From: Phoronis australis
Lineage: Eukaryota > Animalia > Phoronida
Assembly: GCA_002633005.1 (NCBI GenBank)
Contig: NMRA01000009.1
Span: 1,163,169 to 1,227,168 of the forward strand
Direction: 5' to 3'
Length of the DNA: 64,000 bases
Part shown: positions 1 through 14,700 of the stretch, one piece after another
Position numbering within the stretch: the stretch's first letter is position 1
How the letters are laid out: each line of letters starts with the position of its first letter
The notes under the pieces: model-generated
Told to the model about the DNA's origin: nothing
Databases searched by the model: none
What the model saw: the letters and a program-made list of their open reading frames with translations, nothing else
Position numbers and translations under genes: made by a program

Positions 1-20
1 ACTGCCTATTGAACCTCGGC

Positions 21-489
21 CGGGGTCTCTGCCACTGTGGCCCGGTGCCTATATTCCTCCGTCTTATGTTACCGAACTGATGTTCACTTGGTCTATTCCC
101 CCACTCCCGGTCTTACACATTTTTTCTATACATCGGGAGCCAACTTATTGCTAATTAAAGTTGAAAATTAACGGCTGAAACTAAAAACTATCGGATTTTT
201 CGTAAGCATCAACCAAATATAATCTTAGCGCTCCGCTTGTAAGACGCAAGCGCAAACATGCGTCATGTATAATGTGTTTTTCTCTGAAAGTTAAGTATTT
301 TTAGTTACTGTTTCGGCGCACATATCTAGACTCATGCGCTTAAGGCCACCAAAATATTGCCCTTTAAACATTAAATTAACAAGTGGGAGCATCGTGCGGG
401 CAACATAGCGGCGGGGGAACATAGATGAAACATCAGTTGGAAACATACGGACGGGGAAATAAAGGAACTGAAAACAGCGACCGATCCCG
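21..489. mobile_element. MITE with long imperfect TIRs and 9-bp TSD (Mutator-like)
   Basis: cctatattcctccgtcttatgttaccgaactgatgtt mirrored at ~430-466; flanks aacctcggc (12-20) / aacctcggt (490-498). Confidence 0.65.
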
Positions 490-1650
490 AACCTCGGTGT
501 ATATTATATTTGGAGACTCCTTCAAATGATACCAAACCCGGTTTTGACCTGTTAACAGATGTTAATTACTACTCTTCCATCCAATTTTACGAAACAAAAC
601 AATGCTCTGTAATCCTCGACAACGCTCAAAAGTTTGGAGGAAAATTTAAAAACTCCTTCCAAAGTCTGCTCAAAGTGCAAGCGTCACCTACGCTTTTAGC
701 GAATTATATGGTAACAGTGGGGAAAGACCACTCAGCACGAGCTATAATATCCAATATGTGGCATAGGGAGTATTTGGTTTTTAGTAGATTCTTACTTTCG
801 TCTTTCAAGACAAACGCCAATCATGCATTAGCACTAGGTGACACAAGAATTGGTTGAAATCATCAAAACGGGTTTAGTATCTTTTTAACTAATGATGTGA
901 TCAGCAATTATCAAACCAAAGTCGATCTTGGGCCACGACATTTAAAATTATTATAAAAAAGAAATATCCTAATTTCAGTTAATATATACGGATACCCAAA
1001 GGTGTTAAATTTTCTTGCTGAAAAACATTGTAAAGATCATTTACTCAGTGAAATTTTAGGTTCAAATCTTTGCAAATTAGGGGCCAATTGTTTTCCAAAT
1101 AAGATCTGCTTAATCAAACCTGGCCAACTCTAACAATAGATGGGCTCTGGGCATATGAGGTATCAGTGCTATTCGTTTCGGGTCTCCAGGGTAAAACGTG
1201 TACACTGTTACACATATCTATAGGCATGGTGCATTGAATGCAGAGATGCCTATAGACATGTGTACAAAGGCCTAACTGAAGAATTGTTACTAATGTTTCA
1301 TCTCACTCTTTAATCTCCTATTTCAGCTCTTGGGCACCCACTTCCTACTAGTGATCAATAAAAATTCATCGCACAAATTAAAAGGATTAACAACGTCAGT
1401 CCTTATGTGTTACTTAGTACTGTGCAAAGTACAACACATCTAGAATTGATCTCCTTCAGTAAATGTCCAAAGCAGAGAACATGCCCTCAACAACACAAGT
1501 TGTTATCCAACTCCTCCACTGTTTGTACATAGCGCATCACATGTCCTTTACAGCCAGCGCACCTTGAATCACGCTCAGTGGATACAATATTCGTCATTTT
1601 CGGTACCACAGAATTTTAAGGAACTGGAACTGTTGCCGAAAACCATGCAG

Positions 1651-2210
1651 GCGTATGCACTGAAGGCCAATTTTTTCCTCCACTGTGACCATTCACCACT
1701 AATTTCACTGCACGCAGTATTCAAATGATCAATCGGCAATTTTTAAAAAATTTTACACACACTAAACCTCCTCGTCACTTGTTTAAAACTTAGGAAACAC
1801 ACTTTTTTAACCACTCATATCAATCTTATCTTGAAAGCCAGAAACACTGAAGATTATCACAGCATCTTGTTTTCACTGCACTACAACTCATAGTGAAGTT
1901 TTGCCTAGGCAAAGCCAAATGCTGCACCTTATTGTCAAACACATGCGCTATGAAACTTTTGTGATATGTAAGCCCTACTTATTGTAAATATAGATCAAGT
2001 ACCGCGAGACTGTCATCGTAGTGGCCTTGAGAACTAATTCTTAGTTCGAAGGGTGCAAACTTGATGATTAAGACGTACTTTGAATACACTGAGCGGGAGA
2101 TGCGATGAAGAAGATTGAAAAGACATCAGTGTTTGTCCACATAGCCTCCGACTTTGACAGAATAGCCAAAGTAGTTCAGTTTATTCGAAAATAAGGAAAA
2201 CCTGCCAAAT
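1651..2210 (+). repeat. Dispersed repeat, homologous to 37651-37865
   Basis: cctccactgtgaccattcacca and tccacatagc...gaatagcc blocks are shared; the 37.7-kb copy lacks the middle. Confidence 0.6.
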
Positions 2211-2254
2211 ACACCATAACGTCAAACGAAAATAGACGTGTTCATATTGAAGGA

Positions 2255-2674
2255 GCATGCCTTGAATTGGTGTCCAACTCCTCCACTAAACATAACATGT
2301 CCTCCACCACACAGCTTAATTAAACCTCTTCACTATTTGTTCATAGAAAATAACATGTCCTCTACCATACATCTTGAATTGTTATCCAACCCATTCAGTA
2401 TTTGTTCAGAGCAGATAACATGTCCTCTACAACATATCCTGAATATTGTTATCCAAGCCATTTCCTATTTTTTCATAGCAGACCGCATAATCTCCATGAC
2501 ACATCTTGAATTGTTATTCAACCCCTTCAGTATTTGTTCAAACCAGATAACATGTCCCCTACCATGCATCTGGAAATGTTATCCATCTCACTCACTATCT
2601 GTTCATAGCAGATAACATGTCCTCGACGACACCTCTTGAATTCTCATCCATCTCGTTCACTATTTCTTCATAGC
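2255..2674 (-). repeat. ~65-bp degenerate tandem repeat (6-7 copies) overlapping the AOPEP C-terminus/3'UTR; further copies ~1430-1570
   Basis: Recurring gataacatgtcctc...cttgaattgttatcca...ctatttgttcatagc. Confidence 0.8.
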
Positions 2675-2747
2675 ATGCTTGTCCCAATCTTCTTTGCTTA
2701 GGACACTTTGAATGCACCAATTCACCAAATATGTAAACGCCCATTGC
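2595..2747 (-). CDS. AOPEP: AOPEP terminal coding exon
   Basis: ttgtag acceptor; AMGVYIFGELVHSKCPKQRRLGQACYEEIVNEMDENSRGVVEDMLSAMNR-TAG. Confidence 0.9.
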   Translation of the reverse strand, partial: AMGVYIFGELVHSKCPKQRRLGQACYEEIVNEMDENSRGVVEDMLSAMNR

Positions 2748-5700
2748 CTACAATTGAAAGATTTGTTTTAAAGATATTTGACACATAGCAACATTAGTAA
2801 AACATTTAGTGAAAGTTTTCAGCAGCACACGCAAGCTTTCAATAAAATGAAATGTCATCATCATAATCATCAAGTGAAAATGAATAACCAAAGATTAAAA
2901 GTAATACCTACGACTTCACTATTCAACAAGTTTAATGACCTGCAAATGTACGTAATTGTATAAATTATGAAATACGTCAGATGTACCAAAAAATGTTCCA
3001 TGACTCAAATACAAAAATTTGTGCAAGCGCAGCTCGTTGTACTAACAAAAAATATGAATTCCATAAAACTTGAGCTTTAATTTCCCAAATGCTGACAGCC
3101 AGCTGAAAGTGAAATCCTCAATGTAGCATTCAACCTAGGACCAATAACATTCAACGCATGGATTCAGTAACAAAAGATCACTCAAACCTTCATGAATCAA
3201 ACTGCGATTTCATTGATTTCCATAGTGCTTTGAACAACAGCTTAGCCTTACAGCTGCATGAATTAGACAATAACAGCCATCACGGCAAAATCCAATAAAT
3301 TAGAAAAACGAAATTCGCAAATTCAAAATTGTAAACAAGTGCAACACAAAGAGCCTGCTGGTTCCCTGTGTGTCTGCTTGGTGGTAGTGAACACCCAGGT
3401 ATCATTTTTTACACCGGCGTTTCTGATTGGCTGGTTGAATTCCCAACAGGTAGCGCTTTACCTAAACAAATTGGCATGACTGATGTAGGAAGAGTAAATT
3501 TGGATAATTTGTGGTCTGTTATACAGACAAATCGGTGCTTAATTCATGTTCAAGAAATTTGAATCAGAAAATAGTCGTTGTGCCTTTTCAGAGTGCATCT
3601 TTCTACTGTCACTGACTTTTTTGTTTACATTGCTGTCCTGTATTCACACAGTATGAACAACACACCGGTTAAATTGGCCAGATGTGTGTGCATCTGGTCA
3701 TGTATATGCTTCAAGCACGCACCTAATAAACTGCATTACTACAGAAACAAAGTATTTGCCATCACACCATTGACAAGGCTAAAAACCGTTCATAGTCCGC
3801 CATTTTCTTTCTTTGTTATAAAACTAACCAATGACTGCCAAGGTGATAACTGTGGGTTCGGACACGCAAGGAACCAGCAAACACGAAGTGTTGACATAAT
3901 ATGTGTATCCACAATGCACCACAAACGGTATGTTTTCAAGGGGTGCTTATCAGTTTTGTGTAAGGTACAAGGAGACAACAATTTCACTAAAAGGGGTAGC
4001 TGCAATAATGAGAACGGAAAAAAAAACTTTGGTACATCCTTTTTTATAACATCCTCACCCCAAGCCTCAAGATGGCGCTGATAGGTTTAGCCATTTGAGT
4101 CTTGGTTATGGGAAATTTTTGCGCAATGACTGGCCGCTGCCTTGACATCATTAAAATAAAGGCAGATCTTAATTATTTTTACATGTGTTGTTGCTGCCAT
4201 TCATGAAGCAGATGGCAATGTTTAGGTTATTGTATTATTATATATATACATATACATATACATATATATATATATATATATATTATATTATATTATACTA
4301 TACTGCAAAAAATTTCAAAGTTGATATAACTTTTCATTATGAGTGATATTTCGGTGATTTCATTAAAAATGTGTCAGAATTCTGACAACTTCACTTCCCA
4401 CAACCAAGCTTCAAATGGCTAAACCGATCACCTCCATCTTGAGGCTTGGGGATGACGATGATTTTATAACTAACATTAAGTAAAAAAGTTTTAAAAATAT
4501 TACTTTCCAACATTTGAAACAAAGAAACAAATCATGACACAAAGGTGCACTGCACTAGACATACAAAATTAGCAGGTCCAGTTCACTTGGCTTCATGAAG
4601 AACAACCATGTATTACACATTATACATCAATGTATTATATCCCAGTATAATTAAAAGTGTTTCTCTCTCCCCTCAGTGTCAACATTCAATACAATTAGTT
4701 AATCAGTTCTCTAGATATCATTTGGATACCATTTTCCCCTAAAGTACTAACAAGGCCACTTGTCGAGACCAAAATGACCACTAGGGGGTGCTGCAGGGAT
4801 AAAATGCTAGCATGTTGTTGTACCTTAATTGTGTCACATTGCATCAGTTTTTACATATCATTCGGAAACAATCTTCTTTCTAAAAATATTGACCATGGAG
4901 CATGGTAAATTGATCCCCTACACCCTTGAGCCAAATTTCATCAAAAGACATAGAGAAGACAACCAGACAATTAAATGACCAGTAGTGGGGATTTTCGTGG
5001 CCAAATCCAAAATTAACTGCCAAAATGGCCACTTGCCTGGTACTGTAGTACTTAATTAGAAAATCAAGTGGTGCCATACCTCTGTGTTAAGTTTCATTGA
5101 AATCTGTCCATCAGTTTCCAGAATATCATCCAGAAATGCCCTTCCCCACAGATGGCTAAAAAACCCTTGTTGAGAACAAAATGGCCACTGGAGGGTGCTG
5201 AAGTAGTTGAATTCGCCCAAAAATTGACTGTTGTTGGTGCATTGTTGCAACAAACAAGTTAAATTGAAATCTGTCCGTCAGTTTTCATGACATAATCCGG
5301 AAGTGCTCTTCCCCAATAACACTGAAATGCCTGCCCCTGGACCCTGGGATCACAGGCATACTGAAAAGTAGCATGCACTGCCACAATGATGACCAGCGCC
5401 CCCTTGCAAACTTCATCAAAATTCATCCATGGCTTTTTAAAATATAATGAGGATACCTGAACAGGATAACAACAATAAGCTGTCACATAATATTATATAA
5501 TATATAATATATATAGACGCATAAAATGCATCAAATTTTATTCATTCCCAAGTTTCAAAAGCAAACATTCAAAACTGTTAAAGGTACCATTAAATCTTTT
5601 AACGTTTTTGATATACCCGATATTTTATTCAGATTTTGCTGTCCATTTTGTGGAATGTCTGGTAATGTTACCTTTGTGGATTATCTTTGGTGAGTCATCT

Positions 5701-8700
5701 TTATTCTTTTGATTGAGAGCGAGAGATACTTAGCAGACTTATCTACCTATTAGTATATATTAATAAGAGTAAACAAAGCAATCGCAATGATGTATTATCA
5801 CTTAGTCAGAAAGATTTGGTAACATCAAAAGAAGATATACTATGAAAAGATGGTGCTAATTTCAATTAAATTGCATTTAGTGAATGGAAATAAAATTCAC
5901 ATAAAACACAAAAACTGTCAATATTTCAAGTAAGAGAGAAGAGTTGAGCCATTAAGAGTAATACAAAGACCAATTTTAAGCAATCTTGACTAAATGTTCA
6001 TCAGTAGATTTATCAAGACTTGAAACTAAACAGAAAAATTTATGTACCTGGTGATTGACGATGAATTTGTGTACATCCGAGTATGTTTTAACATACTTAT
6101 GCCTGACAACCAGCTCACACCATCTGTGCATAACCTGATTGAATGAGACATAAAATTAGATCAACATCGAATATTTTTATGTGTATTCTCCCATCAAAGG
6201 GCACTTTTCTCATTCACTAAAATATTCAAATTTTAGGCATGAAAATGAGATCGCATAAGATGAAAAAAAAACCAGCATGGATGCTGATTTTTACCTGCAA
6301 ACTTCAACAAGCTCAAGCCTATCAAAAAATGGTGCTGATCGATAATCATTTTGAGAGATCACCCAAGGCACTAGCCCTTCAAAGTGTCCGGGCATAGTAA
6401 TACGACAGACTGTAAGACTGTTAAATCTGAGAATCAAACATGAGCTGTAGGAGTGACATATGAGACTTTTTCAGCTGAAGGTACACCAATATACCGACTT
6501 CTAATTGGTACTTCTCATAAAACGTTAGCCAAGATCAAAGACAAAACACCAGATTGCAGAATTCAAGCACACTCTGACTGCATACTAAACAGGGTGGGAG
6601 TCTATAGACTAATTGTTACCTCTCATAACACAATAGCTAATAAGACAAAACAGCAGATTGTATAATCAATACAACTTCTGAATTCATAATGAGCAGGGTA
6701 GCGTTCTATAAACCAAATTTCTTATGAGAAAAGCCAGATAGTGAAAAAACCATGTCAGTAAAAAGGCAATTGTTTTACATGACGTGCTCAAGATCTTACT
6801 AGGAGAAACCTAACAAAATCGCGACCACTGAAGTGATTTTTTGATGAGGTTGGAATGTTGAATTAAAGGAGTAAATTCATAAATTATGAGACACAATTCA
6901 GTGTTTCCACTCCATAAGTGGTAACTTTTGACACAAGTGCATGTTAATGTATTTATCTCTATGGAACACAGCCCACTGGCCATTTTCATAGAAAGTGACT
7001 TGGGACTAAACCAGGAATTTGATCTCATGCTACCACTTCACAATAAAAAAAGTTTAGTCACGCAATAATCAGCGCATCATTACCTGGAAATATCTTGCAC
7101 AGATTTTTCAGTAAGTAACTTTTATGAGTGCATTCTTTTCCAAGGTGACTTTTAATCATTTTACACAAATAGTTATGTGGAGCAGAAGATCAAATTTTTG
7201 TCTCAAGTCTTAAGTCACTTTCATGAAAGAGACCCCTGGGCTTAAGATTGGAATCACTTACATCAGGATTTGTGGTCACGTGTCCATAACATCCACTCAG
7301 GGTCCTGAGTACATGAGCGGAGATGTTTGATTCATCCAACAGTAACTCTAGCAATAACACTGTTTGGTCAGCAGTTAACTGAAACAATAAGAGTAAGGGA
7401 AATAAATATACCTAACTTAAACCAAGAGAAATTTAACAACAACACAGGAGGCAAGTCTGATGGTGACTTCTGGATCCAAGACCAGCAAATCTTACTCGAA
7501 ACTCACTGACTAGTCACACGTCATGAACTTTAAAAGTTTACCTTAATCGTGCTATGCAACTGGACACGCAATTTTCGAGTCGAGTCAACTCACAAGTAAA
7601 CTTTGGTGAAATCTGGAGACATCAGGCAGACAAATTTTTATCATCAGAATGTTGATTTCAGTGTTATTTTAAACCAAAAAACAATCAAATTACAATTTCC
7701 TTTGAAGCCATGAATAAAATTACCTTAGTTATGAAAGGCCAAGATTTTAGTTTGGTCCTCTTTCTCTTCTTTTTGAAGGACTGCCAAAATTTCAAGTGGG
7801 TGCATACCTCAGCATAAAGCTTATTAGACTCATCCAGTTGAAAGTCATCAAGATCCTGTAACAATTAATTACGGCATTATTGAGAAAAAGATCAAAGCAA
7901 GGCTTACACATGAAACAGGAGACTTAGTATTAATTACTCCATACCCAACAATTCACAGCCGGTTGATTTCATAAACAAGTTCGCATTCATAAAATATTTG
8001 CAAGGTCAATCTGCATTAAACTAGATATACTGGATAAGGCACACTGACAACAAGATTTTGTACACGTCACATTGTCATTGATGCTGCTGACATCAGCAAC
8101 TATAGAGTACATCCTTTAGAAAGTTTTTTGCGACTTTTGCTGGACCGAATTTGGCTAATAAGGTGAATAAAATTCAATTTAAACCAAATTATTTGTATTG
8201 CACGACAGCATTGTGATAAGCGGATTTTTTAAAGTTGACTTTTAGTAGCAAACAATTTACATCACACCTATCTTTTGATTGAAATTTAAACTTTCTGAAA
8301 TTGTAGAAAGTTTTCATCTGTGAAATAAAGATTTGTATGTTTAAAATCTGTTAATCGTTATGCCAATGATCAAAACTCTAAAAACACCAATACATTGTAT
8401 AACAACATTATATACATTCTTTGAAATTTTGGACAAGCTCATGTTCGATTCCGAGAAGTTGAATTGAAGTAGAATTGTCCAAAAGGACACCGTCATCCTA
8501 ATGGAAAACTGTGGCATATCATGAAAATCCATTGAAGAACTCACAAGGTATTGAGGCAAGTGAAAGAATCACATTCCACTAGGAGGCAGAGCGGTATTTG
8601 GATCTGTTCATTTGTTGTCAAGTTAATGGGAATACACTTGCAACATTTCACAAAGATCCTGTACACTCGGCTTATGAGATACAGTCACAGATGCAAAAGA

Positions 8701-11700
8701 CACAAGGGAGCACCACAATAGCTGCAATCATCATCAGTCGTCTTCTGCTTAATGGGAATACATCTGCACATTTTAATAGTAATGCTTTCAGCAGTTTGAT
8801 AGGTGGAAAGACGGGTGGACTCAGACATTACAAAAATGGCCACGATTTGGGCAGGTGTAAAACATCAAATCCACAAGAAAATGGAGTGTAAATGTCACCT
8901 CTTAAATAGAAAACTGTTTAACAAATTTCATGAAAATACATCAAGGAACTCCAAAGATACAGAGGCAACATAAAAAAATAAAGTTGCTGTTAGGGCTGCG
9001 ACAACAGTAGTTGGATCAATACAAAATATGTTGTCATTTCGTGTCAGCCAGTTTCATAGGAACACATGTATCATATCATACACAAGGTTTAGGAGAGACA
9101 ACAGCAGATGCCAGATGTTCGACGCCCAGACAGAGATGATGGCAATATGCACCCACATACACATGTAATATGTTTGGGAGCAAAAAAGTTAATGTTGATC
9201 TGTGAGTTCAAACCCCACTTAACCACCCTGCTAGAGCACCTTGAGTACAGTACTTTCATAGCTTCAAATTATTCTTTAGAGGTGCTTCATATGTGCATAT
9301 GTCCAAACTTCGATCAGATTACATGGGGTGATTCTAACGGAGCAAGGTCTCCTGCACCATAGACATGGCCCCCCATCTCTGCTGACACCTCTTGCCTGGC
9401 TGGCAGATGGCTGACCTCCCCCATAACCCTCCTTATGTTTCCATTTGGTCTTGAGCATGTTTACGAAACAAAAATCCATTAAAAAAATGTCAATTGTGGG
9501 AGTATTTGTTCGAGTAGGGTGGATTTAAACATCCTGACACTGTTGTCCATCAAGACTCGAAAAGTACGTGATTAAGTGAAATTTGTATAAAATGTTCCGG
9601 CGCACAAGCTCGGTTAAAATGTGACGTTGTCAACCTGTACCATAGCTTGATTATTGTGAGTCATGCTTATTTCTTTAATGTTTACCCACAAGCCAACAGT
9701 AGTAAGATACCTTTGGCATTCCTTGTGCCTCCAACCATGCAGCAGAGAGTGCTTCTACAGTTATACCTCTACTGCTGCTGCAACCAGAAAAGTCAATCAA
9801 ACTGCATTCAAAATCGGTCATACGTGCAAACACAGACATGGTAGTAGATAATTAATAACACTGTACAGTATTGGCAGTATGTAACTTTAAGCTTTCCTTG
9901 AATGGATTTTTGTTAGTTTAGACGTATTGGACTGTGCAGATAGTCCCAGCATTATGTAAACAAAAATATTAAGAAAACATAATTCAAACACTCAAACGTT
10001 GGCTCGCAAAATTATATAGTGAAGCAGCCATTTTACGCCAATTATTGCATAGAACAAAGAATACGAGTCTGAAGAGAACAATACATAAGAATTATCAGCA
10101 TCACGTATACGAATGTAGGTAAGTCAGTAAGTCTAACCACTTATTACATTTGGACATTCATGGCATAAGTGTGCTCAGAGTGATGCTCAAACAATATTTT
10201 ACTAACAAATGCACACGTGTTATCCTTCAAGGTAGGCTTTCACACTGGTCGCACTTTGTGGTATTGTTCTGATAATGAAAACAAATGTCATGTTTCATTA
10301 ACAAACTCTTAACATCCTGACGCAATCAGCTTAATGTACGCAGGCATGAAGTCGCATGTCGTCCGTAGAACAAACACTTATGGTTTGGCCAAGAATTTCG
10401 ACAGATATGGGTAGGCGTGCTGGCTAATCGGAAAGGTCAATCACGATAAATTGGCATAATGTTACACAAGAATACTAAGGGAAGAAACTGTTAGAGGTAT
10501 TGGCACCAAGTAAGTGTGAAAACTGCACTTTAAATTAGTATTAGGAGGAAACCGCTTATTGATATGGTAAGGTTACATAGAGAAGAATGCCTGAACAAAG
10601 AATTATTTTCCTAAATAAGATGTGCGATAACTGTAAGTTGCTCATGTAGCTCCCTGCCAAATTGTAAATGGTTAGTGAAGCTCACTACCAAACTGTCAGC
10701 AGTCCTGTGTACCTCACTGTCGAACTGTCAGTGGTACTGTGTACCTCACTGTCGAACTGTCAGTGGTACTGTGTACCTCACTGTCGAACTGTCAGTGGTA
10801 CTGTGTACCTCACTGTCGAACTGTCAGTGGTACTGTGTACCTCACTGTCGAACTGTCAGTGGTACTGTGTACCTCACTGTCGAACTGTCAGTGGTACTGT
10901 GTACCTCACTGTCGAACTGTCAGTGGTACTGTGTACCTCACTGTCGAACTGTCAGTGGTACTGTGTACCTCACTGTCGAACTGTCAGTGGTACTGTGTAC
11001 CTCACTGTCGAACTGTCAGTGGTACTGTGTACCTCACTGTCGAACTGTCAGTGGTACTGTGTACCTCACTGTCGAACTGTCAGTGGTCCTGTGTAGCTCA
11101 GTGCCGAACTGTCAGTGGTACTGTGTAACTCAGTGCCAAACTGCCAGTGGTCCTGTGTACCTACTTGCTGAACTGTCAGTGGTCCTGTGTACCTCACTAC
11201 CGAACTGTCAGTGGTACTGTGTAGCTCAGTGCTGAACTGTCAGTGGTACTGTGTAGCTCACTGCCGAACTGTCAGTGGTACTGTACTTAAGTCCAATGAC
11301 ATGAATGCCATCACTTTAAATGTAATTTGACTTAGCAAGGAGTGTTTATCTCATGGATTACGTACTTTAACGATGGGAAACTCTTCAAGAAAGACTGCAG
11401 CACGTCCTGTAAAATAAAAATTCAAATACAACAGACAATTTCATACAAAACGTTATTTTTGCTGTGCCTATAACACCTGGCCTAACTATTCGGTTAAGAA
11501 TTAATAATTGATACCAATTTACGCATTGCCATCAAATGTCATTCACAACATAATTGAAGTAGCAGTAATACTGCTCTCGGGACATCAAGCTAATTAACAA
11601 CTCTATGGCATTGAATGACAATGAGAAATAACGTAATTCTTCAATTATTTCTCGCAAAAACAATATAACAACTGTCGTTTTCCCATGTTTCAAAGGCACC

Positions 11701-14700
11701 GATTACTTTTCTCCAAATGATGGAATCATCACCATATGCTTTATGACATCTACACACTAAAACCATGCTCATGATAATAGACTAAATTTTTCTTATTATT
11801 TTTATTTTTTGTGGAGAAATTTCATAAAACAGAATGACACTTGTCAACCATATTAAAACAGAATGTCACTTGTCGGCCATATTAAAGTAGAATGTCACTT
11901 GTTGGCCACACTGTGTGCTAAATAAGTGAAGAATAACCATGATTACCTTTGACAACACAAGCTGACCACGGAAAGTATCAACAAAGTCCCTCAAAAACGC
12001 CATAAACTGATTGGCACCAACTAAGGCAGACAAGTGACAGAGGAGGAAATATCCCTTTAAATAGTGGACTTGAGTGAAGCATTTGACAGGGTTCATCCCA
12101 TTAGGCACATGATTCACTTGACCGTCTGTTTGGTTAGAGTGCAGTCTGCAGATGACAATTAAGAAAATGAGTGATCACGTACAGACCATAAACAGACAAT
12201 GACAAAATAATGCATAACAAACTAACAAATACTACAGAGAATAGAAACTATGTACAAAAATGTCAAATTGTAATAATGATGATAATATGAGATTTTATTA
12301 ATAGGGGATGAAAACAGGGGTGGAAACATATTAATAGAACAACTGCAAGATCTCGCCAATTTACTAGAAAATTATTTGCCACAATTGCACTTTTCTTCAT
12401 TTTTCTTAAGGGCTTTTGACATTTTTTGAATACCAAGTTACTGTTGGTAACTATAATACAGAAGTTGATTACCACAAAGCATGATTTTGGTACTATTAAT
12501 TATTTATGAAAAAATGAGGAAATAATATTTCATCTTTATGCCATATTGTTTCCAAAATTGTTTGGATTTTATAGGGCACATGCATTTTCTGCCAAAGCTT
12601 ACTGACAAGGTGGTCATCTGAGGGATAGATAACCAATAATTAAGATAACAAGAGAGGTAAGTAATGAGTACCTAGTATGTGAAAGAACCGTCACAGCGAC
12701 AAACTCCTTCATTAAGTTAATTGTTAAATATGTGAATTATCAATAATTGTTTATTAGTCTTGGCTGATGCAATGAAAGTTATATAGTGCATACTGAGAAT
12801 GTGAAAGTTATATAGTGCATACTGAGAATGTGAAAGTTATATAGTGCATACTGAGAATGTGAAAGTTATATAGTGCATACTGAGAATGTGAAAGTTATAT
12901 AGTGCATACTGAGAATGTGAAACTTATATAGTGCATACTGAGAATGTGAAAGTTATATAGTGCATACTGAGAATGTGAAAGTTATATAGTGCATGCTGAG
13001 AATGTGAAAGGTGTCAGTAACTTTCATAATTCAACTCTCCGAATAACCACTTTCAGCGACAATGATCAAATGAGGTGAGAACTGACCTATTGCAAGCTCC
13101 GCCCCTTTACAAAAAGTCGCGTGACACCCGACAAACAAACAAGATATCAGAGGCAAATACACTGTCGCTAAACAACGTTCCTGGTAGATGAGTGTTTTTG
13201 CACTAACCAAAAACGTTTCAACAAAGACAAGAGCCGATGTTTTTCAGCAGAGAATCATACATTCATGATGTGGGAATTTGTAATGGCGACGATGAAAAAA
13301 TAGTGTTCGAGACAATTAATATGCATCTCAGATGTCCAATTTGGTTGTGGCTGTCATGCACTGTTAAATTTAAAATTCACGCTTTCACAGACGCGATTAA
13401 GTTGTTTTTGCATTCGTCTAAAGGAAATATGTTTCAGCAACTTCGAATGAAAAAAGTCCAACTATGACAGGAGTTATTAATTTGAAGAGTGAAAGTCATG
13501 GAATTAGCATGTGTTCTGCTGGTAAACTGCTTTGCAGAGAAACTTGACATCCCAGATGTTTACTATGTAATCGACTTAGGCGCAGCACCATGATTCAGAC
13601 AGAAATTGTGTAACTCAAAGCAGCTCATTTGGCGTCAGGAGAAAACTTGGATACGAAGATGCTATAAGAAGATTAACACTGTACACTGTGAGTTACTATG
13701 TTAAGAAATATGACAAATGAGTGAAAGGCTGAACAATCAACAATATCAATATTATCACATATTAACCAAGAATCTGCACATGAAAATGTTTAATATAATT
13801 TCTTTGATGGAAGTGACAATCCCGTTTCCTAACTGCCAAACAGAGAAAGTCCATCATTAAAGTCTAGACGCTGTGACAAGAGACTCTTGTAATCCTAACC
13901 AGTAAGAAACATTCATAGTTGCTGGTTGGGAATTGCGATGTACCGTAGTACCTAATGGTATTATTATCTACCTGAGTATCTGAAGGTCCTCACTCGTGTT
14001 GTCCATTTCAGCCACAAGAAGCCTATGTCTAATGAGAGCTCTTAGCTGCGAGTGGTCTTTTTTCTCATCTGGTGTCCACTGAAAAGAGCAGACGAATTAC
14101 GTTTATTTTATTCAGGGGAAGACAACCTCTGGTTTCTAATAATTTATTTTGACAAGTAACTTAGCTTAGCAACAACTATTCAGTCATCAACACTTTTACT
14201 CCACCGACCCCTAACCATTGCTGCAAAACTTGACTCTCCAAATTTTCGCTGCAAGTTATTGTTATTGAGAGGTATGTGGCTATCGTCCTCCATTTCCTAC
14301 AAACCTGCAGCATGACAGCAGGTAAGTCACACGACTACGGTGTTTTCTCTAATAGTTCGTACACTCTATTAGTTTGCACACGGCCCTTGAAACATGGCGT
14401 TTGTCTCTAATAGTTCGTACAGTAGGAGTCTGAGGGAAGAATAGTTCATACACATATTTGCGTCAAAAAAATAATTTGTACATACATTTTGGTTAGCCAA
14501 AATGGACATTTGTATTTTCATGAATGAACACAAATCAATAAGCGCCATTTCTATTTGGGTAATCGGAATCCGTGGTTTGCTTACACTACGCTTACATAGA
14601 GCTCGATAAGTTATTTTTCAGATAGCCATTTTTGGCGACATCAAATGTGGAAATGGCAATATGATTTTCCAATGTGTAGCCAAAAGATCTGTTGCCCTCA

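Noticed and set aside
510-857. 115-aa plus-strand ORF, and other short ORF-track entries such as 3578-4081
   Set aside because: Non-ATG starts, no homology cues or splice support
10668-11235. CRISPR-like palindromic 32-bp repeats and three overlapping Cys-rich ORFs
   Set aside because: Units are head-to-tail with no spacers and no cas genes; the ORFs arise because the unit lacks plus-strand stops; lies in an AOPEP intron
2748-12000. miR-23b/27b/24-like cluster hosted in vertebrate AOPEP introns
   Set aside because: No matching mature sequences or convincing ~70-nt hairpin recognised by eye
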